32,000 nt of DNA, from the NCBI RefSeq assembly GCF_964059045.1, contig NZ_OZ060402.1, positions 510,001 through 542,000 on the forward strand, written 5' to 3'. Of the stretch, positions 22,556-30,343 are shown one piece after another. Below the pieces are notes generated by a model. It ran no database searches. It was given only the letters and a program-made list of their open reading frames with translations, and was not told the DNA's origin. Numbering within the stretch: position 1 is the stretch's first letter; the number at the start of each line of letters is the position of its first letter. A program made the translations under genes and the position numbers. Source of the DNA: Candidatus Saccharimonadota bacterium (GTDB lineage Bacteria; Pseudomonadota; Gammaproteobacteria; Enterobacterales; Enterobacteriaceae).

Positions 22556-23788
22556 TTAAAATTTTACTGATCGACCATAAACTATTCTGAGTGTTCTATA
22601 AAAACGTAGTAAACCTTCATTAATATCTATATTTTTTATATTTAAAGGAGGCGCTAAACGAATGACGTTTGTTCCTGCTTTTAGTATAATTAAACCTTCT
22701 TTTAATGCTGTTTTAATTACAATAGGAATATTAATAATATATTCTTGACGAAATACAATTCCTATTAATAATCCTTTTCCTCGAATTTCACTAAATAAAT
22801 TTAACTTTTTATTTATTTTCACTAATTCTTTTTTAAATATCTGAAATTTACGCTGCACTCCTAATAATAATTTTGGATGATTAATTAAATCTAAAACTGC
22901 ATTAGACACTGAGCAAGCTAAAGGATTACCACCATAAGTCGTTCCATGTATACCTAATTGTACGATTTTTGCTATTTTTGTACTGGCTAAAGTAGCACCA
23001 ATAGGAAACCCACCTCCTAAAGCTTTCGCTAATGTAAGAATATCAGGTTTAATACCATAATGTTCATACGCAAATAATTTACCAGTTCTACCAATACCTG
23101 TTTGGACTTCATCAATGATTAATAGTACATGATGTTTATTACATAAATCACGTAATCCTACCATAAAATCTATAGTAGCTAATTCTACTCCACCTTCTCC
23201 TTGAATTGGTTCTACAATAATTGCACAAGTATGATCATCAATCACTGATTTAACTGATTGCAAGTTATTGTAAGGTACATGAATTATATCTGGAGGTTTA
23301 GTTCCGAAACCGTCTGAATATTGATATTGACCACCTACTGATACTGTAAAAAATGTTCGACCATGAAATGAATTATAAAAAGAAATAATTTTATTTTTGT
23401 AAACATTGAATTTTTTATTGGAATAATAACGAGCTATTTTTAAAGCAGATTCATTAGCTTCTGCTCCTGAATTAGAAAAAAATACACGTGATTCAAAACT
23501 ATAATCAATTAATTTCCTTGCTAAATTTAATGATGGTTCATTTACAAATAAATTACTTGTATGCCATAATTTATTACTCTGTTCTTTTAGTGCTTTGATT
23601 AATTTAGCATGACAATGTCCTAATGCTGTTACAGCAATACCGCTAGAAAAATCAATATAATCTTTATTCAATTGATCAAATAATCGGCTGCCTTGACCTA
23701 AGACAGGAATAAAATCCGCTGGATTATAAAATGGAATCATTACATCATCAAACATTTGTCTATTAAGTATTTTTTTTTTTTCTTTCAT
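22556..23788 (-). CDS. argD: acetylornithine / succinyldiaminopimelate aminotransferase (class III PLP aminotransferase)
   Basis: 410 aa, collinear with E. coli ArgD. Shared stretches include FIPV.GQGSR, GIAVTALGHCH, FHGRTFFTVSVGGQ.YSDGFG.KP.DIIHVPYN, DDHTCAIIVEPIQGEGGV and DEVQTG.GRTGKLFAYEHYG..PDILT.AKALGGGFPIGA. Confidence 0.95.
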   Translation of the reverse strand: MKEKKKILNRQMFDDVMIPFYNPADFIPVLGQGSRLFDQLNKDYIDFSSGIAVTALGHCHAKLIKALKEQSNKLWHTSNLFVNEPSLNLARKLIDYSFESRVFFSNSGAEANESALKIARYYSNKKFNVYKNKIISFYNSFHGRTFFTVSVGGQYQYSDGFGTKPPDIIHVPYNNLQSVKSVIDDHTCAIIVEPIQGEGGVELATIDFMVGLRDLCNKHHVLLIIDEVQTGIGRTGKLFAYEHYGIKPDILTLAKALGGGFPIGATLASTKIAKIVQLGIHGTTYGGNPLACSVSNAVLDLINHPKLLLGVQRKFQIFKKELVKINKKLNLFSEIRGKGLLIGIVFRQEYIINIPIVIKTALKEGLIILKAGTNVIRLAPPLNIKNIDINEGLLRFYRTLRIVYGRSVKF

Positions 23789-23849
23789 TGAAATCCTTAC
23801 AATAAATTTATTTCATCAATATCTGATTAAAAATATTTTTGTAGTATAT

Positions 23850-23884
23850 AAATAAATATTTATTTTATAAATAAATATTTATTT
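23850..23884. repeat. Two identical 16-bp perfect palindromes (aaataaatatttattt) separated by 3 bp, in the argD/tsgA divergent intergenic region
   Basis: The copies at 23850-23865 and 23869-23884 are identical and each is self-complementary. They lie 62-96 bp upstream of the argD start codon. The sequence is pure A/T, so low-complexity coincidence is possible. Confidence 0.5.
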
Positions 23885-24197
23885 ATAATATTAAAAAATA
23901 ATTATCAATTGTTTTTTAATTAAATTACTTAACATTATTCTTCCAGTTAAAAAAAAATAAAAATATATTCTTTATATATATCAATTATACTGATTAATAT
24001 TAATTAATATATCATATCTTTAATAAATATATTTTATATCAAAATGCTTTATGAAAATAATTAATTATTAAAAAACACAAAAAAATAAAATATTTTTTTA
24101 AGAAAATAATTATTAATGTATATATTTAAAAATATTTATATATCATATTTAAAATATGTTTCATACACATCTTTATGGTAATACAGGTTAATAAATA

Positions 24198-25388
24198 ATG
24201 ATATACAAAAACAAAATCAGTCTAACTTTAATTAGTTTTTTTTCTTATTTTTTAACAGGTTCATTAGTAATTGTGACTGGAATGATCATGGGGAATATTG
24301 CTAAATTTTTTAATACATCACTTTCTTCTATGAGCTATACTTTTACTATTTTAAATTTTGGAATTTTAATGGCTATTTGTTTGAATACTTGGATAAAAAA
24401 TTATATATCATTTAAAATACAAATATATTTTGGATACATTTGTATTATTGTGGCAATACTAGCACTGATATATAGTAAAAATTTAATTATTTTTTCAATG
24501 AGTATGTTTATATTAGGAATAGTAAGTGGTATCACCATGTCAATAGGAACATTTTTCATAACATATCTATATGACGGTCATCAAAGAGCGATAGTGTTGT
24601 TAATAACAGATTCTTTTTTTAGTATGGCAGGAATGGTATTTCCTTTTATAAGTAGTATGATATTATCATATCAAAAACCATGGTATTGGATATATATTTT
24701 AATTGGAATAATTTATTCTATAATATTTATTATTGCTATTAATACAAATTTCCCACAATTAAACAATTACCTAAATAATAAAAAAACAATAAACCAAAAA
24801 AAACCAATCAAAATCAATATAATTATACTTTCTATATCAGCTACATGTTATATCTTAGGACAATTAGGATTTATTTCTTGGATTCCAGAATATATTATGC
24901 AAACTAAACATTTAACAATTAACCAAGCTGGTAAATTAGTTAGTTACTTTTGGATGTTGTATATGATTGGTATGTGGATATTTAGTATAATATTAAATTT
25001 TATTAACATAAAAAAATTATTTTTATTTTTAACCGGTACATCAACTATTTTAATGTATTTATTTATTAATAATCAAGAAATAAACAAGTTAGAATACTTA
25101 ATAGCATTACTGGGTTTTTTTTCTAGTGCAATTTATACAATAATTATTACTTTAGCTTCTTTGCAAACAAAAAAACCTTCAGTTAAAAATATTAATTTAA
25201 TTCTGATATCTGGAACGATAGGAACACTTTTAACATTTATTATTACTAGTGTCATTGTAGAAAAAAAAGGAATTTACGCAGTATTAATTACATCTAATAT
25301 ATTGTATGCTATTGTTTTTATATTATCTATTACTCTCAACTTTTTTACCATTAATAAAAGTATAATCAAAAATTATATTAAAAAATAA
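24198..25388 (+). CDS. tsgA: MFS-family membrane transporter TsgA (YhfC)
   Basis: 396 aa, ~12 predicted TM segments, collinear with E. coli TsgA. Shared stretches include ISF.SY.LTG.LVIVTGM.MGNIA.FFN...SSMS.TFT.LN.GIL, MFILG.VSGITMSIGTF, TDSFFSMAGM.FP, YILGQLGFISW.PEY and LGFFSSAIYT.IITL. It has the same orientation relative to argD as in E. coli. Confidence 0.9.
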   Translation: MIYKNKISLTLISFFSYFLTGSLVIVTGMIMGNIAKFFNTSLSSMSYTFTILNFGILMAICLNTWIKNYISFKIQIYFGYICIIVAILALIYSKNLIIFSMSMFILGIVSGITMSIGTFFITYLYDGHQRAIVLLITDSFFSMAGMVFPFISSMILSYQKPWYWIYILIGIIYSIIFIIAINTNFPQLNNYLNNKKTINQKKPIKINIIILSISATCYILGQLGFISWIPEYIMQTKHLTINQAGKLVSYFWMLYMIGMWIFSIILNFINIKKLFLFLTGTSTILMYLFINNQEINKLEYLIALLGFFSSAIYTIIITLASLQTKKPSVKNINLILISGTIGTLLTFIITSVIVEKKGIYAVLITSNILYAIVFILSITLNFFTINKSIIKNYIKK

Positions 25389-25438
25389 AAATATCGCTCA
25401 TCAAATAAAATTATCGGTTAAATAATTTTCAATATATT

Positions 25439-26464
25439 TTAATAATATTTAACCGGTAATCCTATAGCTTTATAAACTTGATCTAAAGTAATTTTTGCTT
25501 GACATTGAGCTTTTTCAGCTCCAGATTTTACAATATTTTGCAAATAATCTTCGTTTTTTCTAAAATCAAAATATTTCTTTTGCAAACAAGATATTTTATC
25601 TGCAATAAAATCAGATAAATCATGTTTAAATTTACTATACATTACATTAGCATATTCATTTTCTAAACTTTTTATTGTTTTTCCAGAAAAACTAGAAAAT
25701 ATATTTAATAAATTTGATATACCTGCTTTATTTTTTTTATTATAAATGATTGAACAAGGATTATCAGAATCTGTTTGAGCATGATGAATTTTTTTTATAA
25801 TAGATGAAATATCTTCTAATAAAAATATCGTGTTTTTTGTATTAGGATCAGATTTAGACATTTTTTTAGTAGGATTTAATAAAGACATAATTTTAGAACC
25901 AGTTTTTGAAATTAAAGATGAAGGCAATACAAATAATTTTTTGTATATATTATTAAATCGAATAACAATATCATGTATTAACTCTAAGTGTTGCTTTTGA
26001 TCTTCACCTACTAATATTATATCAGTTTTATATAATAATACATCAGAAGCCATTAAAACAGGATAATTTAACAATCCAACGTTAATATTGTTCGAAAAAC
26101 GTATAGATTTATCTTTAAATTGAGTCATTCGTGATAATTCACCAACATAACTAAAACAATTTAATATCCAACTCAACTGTGTATGTTCATAAACATGAGA
26201 TTGAATAAAAATAATTGCTTGATTAGGATCAAACCCACAAGCTAAATATAATGCTATCATATCTAAAATAGATCTAGATAAATCATTTGATTTTCTTCTA
26301 ACAGTAATAGAATGTAAATCAGCTATACAAAATAAACAATCAAATTTATCTTGTATATGAACTAAATTATTTAAAACACTAATATAATTACCAATAGTAG
26401 GCATTCCTGATGGTTGGATGGCACTGAATAATTTTTTTTTAAATAATTTCATTATTTTTTCCAT
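25439..26464 (-). CDS. trpS: tryptophan--tRNA ligase
   Basis: 341 aa with QPSG.PTIGNY, GELSRMTQFKDKS, YPVLMA.D.LLY, VGEDQKQHLEL and a KMSKSD class-I signature. The start could alternatively be the ATG at 26452 (MKLFKKK). Confidence 0.96.
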   Translation of the reverse strand: MEKIMKLFKKKLFSAIQPSGMPTIGNYISVLNNLVHIQDKFDCLFCIADLHSITVRRKSNDLSRSILDMIALYLACGFDPNQAIIFIQSHVYEHTQLSWILNCFSYVGELSRMTQFKDKSIRFSNNINVGLLNYPVLMASDVLLYKTDIILVGEDQKQHLELIHDIVIRFNNIYKKLFVLPSSLISKTGSKIMSLLNPTKKMSKSDPNTKNTIFLLEDISSIIKKIHHAQTDSDNPCSIIYNKKNKAGISNLLNIFSSFSGKTIKSLENEYANVMYSKFKHDLSDFIADKISCLQKKYFDFRKNEDYLQNIVKSGAEKAQCQAKITLDQVYKAIGLPVKYY

Positions 26465-26582
26465 TTATTTTATTTTAAAAAAAAATAAAACAATATTTAT
26501 TAATAATGTAAAATAAATATCAATTTACTTTTATATTTTTCATATTTCTCTTAATTAAAAAATTTCAAATAAAATTTTTTTA

Positions 26583-27269
26583 CTAAACACAATCACTTAA
26601 AAATACTGAATTTAATTTAGATCGAATGGAATTTAAAACTAATTTATAATCCAAACTATCAAATAATACTGATCCTAATACAAAAATATTGGCTCCAGCA
26701 GATGCAATGTCCACTATGTTACTAATTTTTATACCACCATCTACTTCTAATAAAACATTGAATTTACTACGATCAATTAAATTCCTTACTTGATAAATTT
26801 TATTCATAACAGATGAAATAAATTTTTGATTACTAAAACCTGGGTTCACTGACATTAATACAATTAAATCTAATTTATCTAAAACATAATCTAAATAATG
26901 TAATGAAGTAGATGGATTAAAACTTAACCCAGCTTTACAGCCAAATTTTTTAATTAAATTTATAGTATTATCTATGTGATTAGTTGCTTCTGGATGAAAA
27001 GTAATAAATGTAGCTCCTGCTTGAGCAAAAGCAGGAATAAATATGTCTACTGGTTTCGTCATAAGATGTACATCAATTGGCGCTGTGATATTAAAATCTC
27101 TAAGAGATTTTAATATCATTGGACCCATTGTTAAATTATTTACATAATGACCGTCCATAACATCAAAATGAATTAAATCCCCCCCTGCAGTTAAAGCTCT
27201 CGTTACATCTTCACCTAATCGAGCAAAATTAGCTGATAAAATTGAAGGAGCTAACAAAAACTGATTCAT
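26583..27269 (-). CDS. rpe: ribulose-phosphate 3-epimerase
   Basis: 228 aa with LAPSILSANFARLGEDV, HFDVMDGHYV.NLT.GP, DVHLM and MSVNPGF..QKFI; E. coli Rpe is of similar length. Confidence 0.96.
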   Translation of the reverse strand: MNQFLLAPSILSANFARLGEDVTRALTAGGDLIHFDVMDGHYVNNLTMGPMILKSLRDFNITAPIDVHLMTKPVDIFIPAFAQAGATFITFHPEATNHIDNTINLIKKFGCKAGLSFNPSTSLHYLDYVLDKLDLIVLMSVNPGFSNQKFISSVMNKIYQVRNLIDRSKFNVLLEVDGGIKISNIVDIASAGANIFVLGSVLFDSLDYKLVLNSIRSKLNSVFLSDCV

Positions 27270-27442
27270 TTATTTCTCCAATATTTAAATTAAATCATTT
27301 TTTTAAATTTATTGATAATAATAAAAATAATTAAATAAATATTCAAATAATATTAATTTTTTTAAAATATTTTTTATGTGAATTATATAAAAATTAAAAT
27401 ATAAAAAAAAATAATTATCATTAATATAATTTTAAAAATCAA

Positions 27443-27509
27443 GAAAAGGTGCAATAAAACAATTTGAAAAATATAAAATTAATTAAAAGTTTAACATTGA
27501 CACCTTTTC
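27443..27509. other. Relatively G/C-containing three-segment imperfect hairpin (9+4+4 bp) in the aroB-rpe spacer, flanked by T-runs on both strands
   Basis: gaaaaggtg (27443-27451) pairs with caccttttc (27501-27509). Inner segments are caat/attg and aaac/gttt. It is followed by gttttt on the plus strand and by ttgattttt on the minus strand. A TTGACA hexamer lies at 27497-27502. Confidence 0.35.
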
Positions 27510-27700
27510 GTTTTTAAAACTACATATTGTATATATTTACTGATAACTCACTTTTTCGTATAAAAATTCTGTAAATATACTATAATGCTCATTATTATAT
27601 AACTTATTGTGTTAAAATATTTTTAGAATCAATATTTGATATTAATTAATGAATATTACATTTTTATATAAAAATAATATTAACAATATTATATCTAAAA

Positions 27701-27738
27701 TTATCAATATAAAATTTATTAAAATTTTATATTGATAA
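27701..27738 (-). terminator. 17-bp perfect AT-only stem with a 4-nt loop, 115 nt downstream of the aroB stop
   Basis: ttatcaatataaaattt (27701-27717) is the exact reverse complement of aaattttatattgataa (27722-27738). The stem is almost entirely A/T, so its stability is modest. Confidence 0.3.
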
Positions 27739-27852
27739 TATAAAATAATTAAATTAATTATTCAAAATATTTTATTTTTTAAAATAATTAATATTATTCT
27801 ATGTGTTTAATATAATTATTAAGAATCATAATTAGTTTTTATAACAAAATCG

Positions 27853-28935
27853 TTACTGAGACTCTTTTATCGCTGCTAATATTATATTTTTATCAACACC
27901 AGTTTGAATTTTAGCTTTGCCTATATTGATAGGCAATATTAATCTTACTGTGCCAGAAATTACTTTTTTATCTCGCATAATATATGGTAAATATGAAGAT
28001 GGAGGCATATTTTTTGGTCCTTTGGTTGGCAAACCTGCTCTCATTAACAAATTTATAATACGTTTGGTATCTATGCGTTTTAAATAACCTAACATTTCTG
28101 AAGTACGAGCAGACATTACAATGCCTACTGATACTGCTTCTCCATGTAACCAGTTACCATAACCAGAATGAGATTCAATCGCATGTCCATAAGTATGCCC
28201 TAAATTTAATATTGCTCGTATATTGGCTTCTCTTTCATCTAAAGAAATAATTTTAGATTTTATTTCACAACACTTTTTAATACAATATATAATTTCTTTT
28301 TCTTGTAATATTAATAATAAATGTAAATTGTCTTCAACCCAAGAAAAAAATTCTTCATCAAATATAATAGCATATTTAATTACTTCTGCTAGTCCAGCAA
28401 CTAGTTCATTAGTTGACAATGTGCTTAAATAATTTAAATTAATAATAACAGACGAAGGTTGCCAAAAAGTACCTATCATATTTTTTCCTAAAATATGATT
28501 AACTCCAGTTTTACCACCTACAGAAGCATCTACTTGCGATAAAAAAGTAGTTGGTATTTGAATAAAACGAACACCTCTTTGATAAATCGAAGCAGCAAAA
28601 CCTGTTATATCTCCTATTACTCCACCACCTAATGCAATTAATGTAGTATCACGACTGTGTTGTTTATCTAATAAAGCAGAAATAATTACTTCAGTTTCAT
28701 TAAAAGTTTTATACTGTTCTCCATCAGACAAAATGACTTGATCAACTTTAATTCCAGATTTTCTTAGTTCATATAATAATTGATCTTTCCATAAATTAGC
28801 CAGAGTTTTATTAGTTACAAGCATTGCTTGCTCACCTGACTGCAAAGGATAAAAAATAGAATCATTTTCAAATAAAGAAGATCCTATAATTATAGGATAA
28901 CTTCGTTTGCCTAACATTACTGTAATTTTTTCCAC
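27853..28935 (-). CDS. aroB: 3-dehydroquinate synthase
   Basis: 360 aa with [51 protein letters not shown] and W.HGEAV..G. Confidence 0.96.
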   Translation of the reverse strand: MEKITVMLGKRSYPIIIGSSLFENDSIFYPLQSGEQAMLVTNKTLANLWKDQLLYELRKSGIKVDQVILSDGEQYKTFNETEVIISALLDKQHSRDTTLIALGGGVIGDITGFAASIYQRGVRFIQIPTTFLSQVDASVGGKTGVNHILGKNMIGTFWQPSSVIINLNYLSTLSTNELVAGLAEVIKYAIIFDEEFFSWVEDNLHLLLILQEKEIIYCIKKCCEIKSKIISLDEREANIRAILNLGHTYGHAIESHSGYGNWLHGEAVSVGIVMSARTSEMLGYLKRIDTKRIINLLMRAGLPTKGPKNMPPSSYLPYIMRDKKVISGTVRLILPINIGKAKIQTGVDKNIILAAIKESQ

Positions 28936-28978
28936 GGTATTTTTATATCAACCTTATTCATTGAACTATTACATATAA

Positions 28979-29509
28979 TTAATTTTTATCTAAAATTTGA
29001 ATAATAAATTGTGAAACAGATTTTGCACTTTTAGAATCAGTACTCACTTTAAAATCTGCGATCTCTTCATATAAAAAATTTCTATCTTTGGCTAATTTTT
29101 CTAATATCATTCTTGTTGAAATTTTTTTATTTTCTTCTTGTAACAAAGGACGGTTTTTATCTCTTTTTGTTCTAATTAATTGCTTATCAATACTAGTTTC
29201 TAAATAAATAACAATACCTCTAGAAGACAGACGATTTCTTGTTTCTTTAGATTGAATAGAACCACCACCAGTAGCTAATATAATCCCTTGTTTATCTGTT
29301 AATTCATTAATAATTTTTTCTTCTCGATCACGAAAACCTATTTCGCCTTCTACATCAAAAACCCAGCTAATATCTGCTCCAGTTCGACGCTCAATTTCTT
29401 GATCCGAATCATAAAATTCCATATTGAGTTGTTGAGCTAAATGCCGGCCTATAGTACTTTTTCCAGCTCCCATCGGACCTACTAGAAAAATATTTCGTTT
29501 TTCTGCCAT
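28979..29509 (-). CDS. aroK: shikimate kinase I
   Basis: [68 protein letters not shown] is near-identical to the E. coli AroK N-terminus. The start is therefore placed at 29509 (176 aa). The ORF-track start at 29614 adds 35 non-homologous residues. Confidence 0.95.
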   Translation of the reverse strand: MAEKRNIFLVGPMGAGKSTIGRHLAQQLNMEFYDSDQEIERRTGADISWVFDVEGEIGFRDREEKIINELTDKQGIILATGGGSIQSKETRNRLSSRGIVIYLETSIDKQLIRTKRDKNRPLLQEENKKISTRMILEKLAKDRNFLYEEIADFKVSTDSKSAKSVSQFIIQILDKN

Positions 29510-29916
29510 ATTTATATTATTACTAAAATAATTTGTGAATGATAACCAATCCATTGTTGTGAACGGATGGTAAGATAGTAAGATTATATTTATATATACA
29601 TGAATAATAATCAATTTTTAAAAACATAATAAACTTGTTATATCTAAAATTTTATTTAGAATATCAATTCTATCAATATATTTTAACTTAATATAAAATA
29701 CAACTTAATTATAAACACTAATTAAAATAATTATATATATTAATATTATTATTTAATACCATAAACAAATGTAATAAATCAATATAATTCAAACAATAAT
29801 AATAAATATCATAATATAAAATTAATGAAATAAAATATAAATATATTATTCACTATATAATATTCAATATTACTGATCACAATATATAATATACAAAATA
29901 ATAATTTGAATCTGAA

Positions 29917-30016
29917 ATTAATTCATGATATTATCTATGACCAAGATGTATTAATGAAATCATTAACGAATGATTTCATTAATACATCTTGGTCATAGAT
30001 AATATCATGAATTAAT
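29917..30016. repeat. Perfect 100-bp palindrome (48-bp arms, 4-nt aacg centre) in the aroK / tRNA-Ser spacer
   Basis: 29917-29964 (attaattcatgatattatctatgaccaagatgtattaatgaaatcatt) is the exact reverse complement of 29969-30016, checked base by base with zero mismatches. Confidence 0.9.
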
Positions 30017-30088
30017 GATGAATTATTTTTTTTAATTTTTTATTATTCAAAAAAAAAAAAAAAAAAAAATAAATAATTCATCATTAAT
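30011..30088. repeat. Second inverted repeat (18-bp perfect arms) sharing its first 6 nt with the preceding palindrome and enclosing a T-rich segment plus a 21-nt poly(A) run
   Basis: attaatgatgaattattt (30011-30028) is the exact reverse complement of aaataattcatcattaat (30071-30088). A21 occupies 30049-30069. The T-rich stretch 30030-30047 can pair imperfectly with the A-run. Confidence 0.85.
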
Positions 30089-30128
30089 TTAAAAATAATA
30101 AAATATTATATATAATAAAAATATTAAA

Positions 30129-30156
30129 TTGATATAAATTAGAATACATATAAAAT
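30129..30156 (+). promoter_or_regulatory. Candidate sigma70-type promoter for tRNA-Ser (TTGATA - 16 nt - TAAAAT)
   Basis: The hexamers lie at 30129-30134 and 30151-30156, with the -10 element 13 nt upstream of the tRNA 5' end. Such matches arise easily by chance in DNA this AT-rich. Confidence 0.25.
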
Positions 30157-30169
30157 TATTTGCATTAAA

Positions 30170-30254
30170 GGTGAGATGTCCGAGAGGCTTAAGGAACATG
30201 CCTGGAAAGCGTGTATACGGAAACGTATCAAGGGTTCGAATCCCTTTCTCACCA
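30170..30254 (+). tRNA. tRNA-Ser (anticodon GGA), class II with a long variable arm; 3' CCA not encoded
   Basis: The manual cloverleaf has acceptor ggtgaga/tctcacc, anticodon stem catgc/gcgtg with loop cTGGAAa (anticodon GGA), variable arm atacg-gaaa-cgtat, and T arm aaggg-ttcgaat-ccctt. It is closely similar to E. coli tRNA-Ser(GGA). The discriminator A is followed by aaaaaa rather than CCA. Confidence 0.95.
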
Positions 30255-30343
30255 AAAAAATATCAATAAAAACATGAATATTCTTCAAATGAACCTTAAT
30301 AAAAATATTTTCAATAAGTTTGTTTAATTGAAAAAAAAAATCA

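Noticed and set aside
23850-23884. Calling the twin palindromes bona fide ArgR operators (ARG boxes).
   Set aside because: The conserved TGAAT....ATTCA half-sites are missing, and centre-to-centre spacing is 19 bp rather than 21 bp. The sequence is pure A/T in a very AT-rich genome, and Buchnera-type genomes are not known to me to retain argR. It is kept only as a low-interest finding.
27497-27586. Perfect sigma70 hexamers: TTGACA at 27497-27502 and TATAAT at 27581-27586 on the plus strand, TATAAT on the minus strand just upstream of tuf, and TTGAAT-17-TATTAT on the minus strand at 27318-27346 upstream of rpe.
   Set aside because: They are not paired at proper spacing (the two plus-strand hexamers are 78 bp apart), or they occur in DNA so AT-rich that -10-like and -35-like hexamers are expected by chance every few tens of bp. 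Without transcription-start data I do not annotate them as promoters.
29510-29614. A 35-codon N-terminal extension of aroK ([35 protein letters not shown]) implied by the ORF track, which could have been a fused leader or membrane anchor.
   Set aside because: Homology to E. coli AroK starts exactly at [19 protein letters not shown] (29509). The extension is AT-driven, has no homologue that I recognise, and begins in spacer-like sequence. It is most likely an open upstream frame rather than coding sequence.
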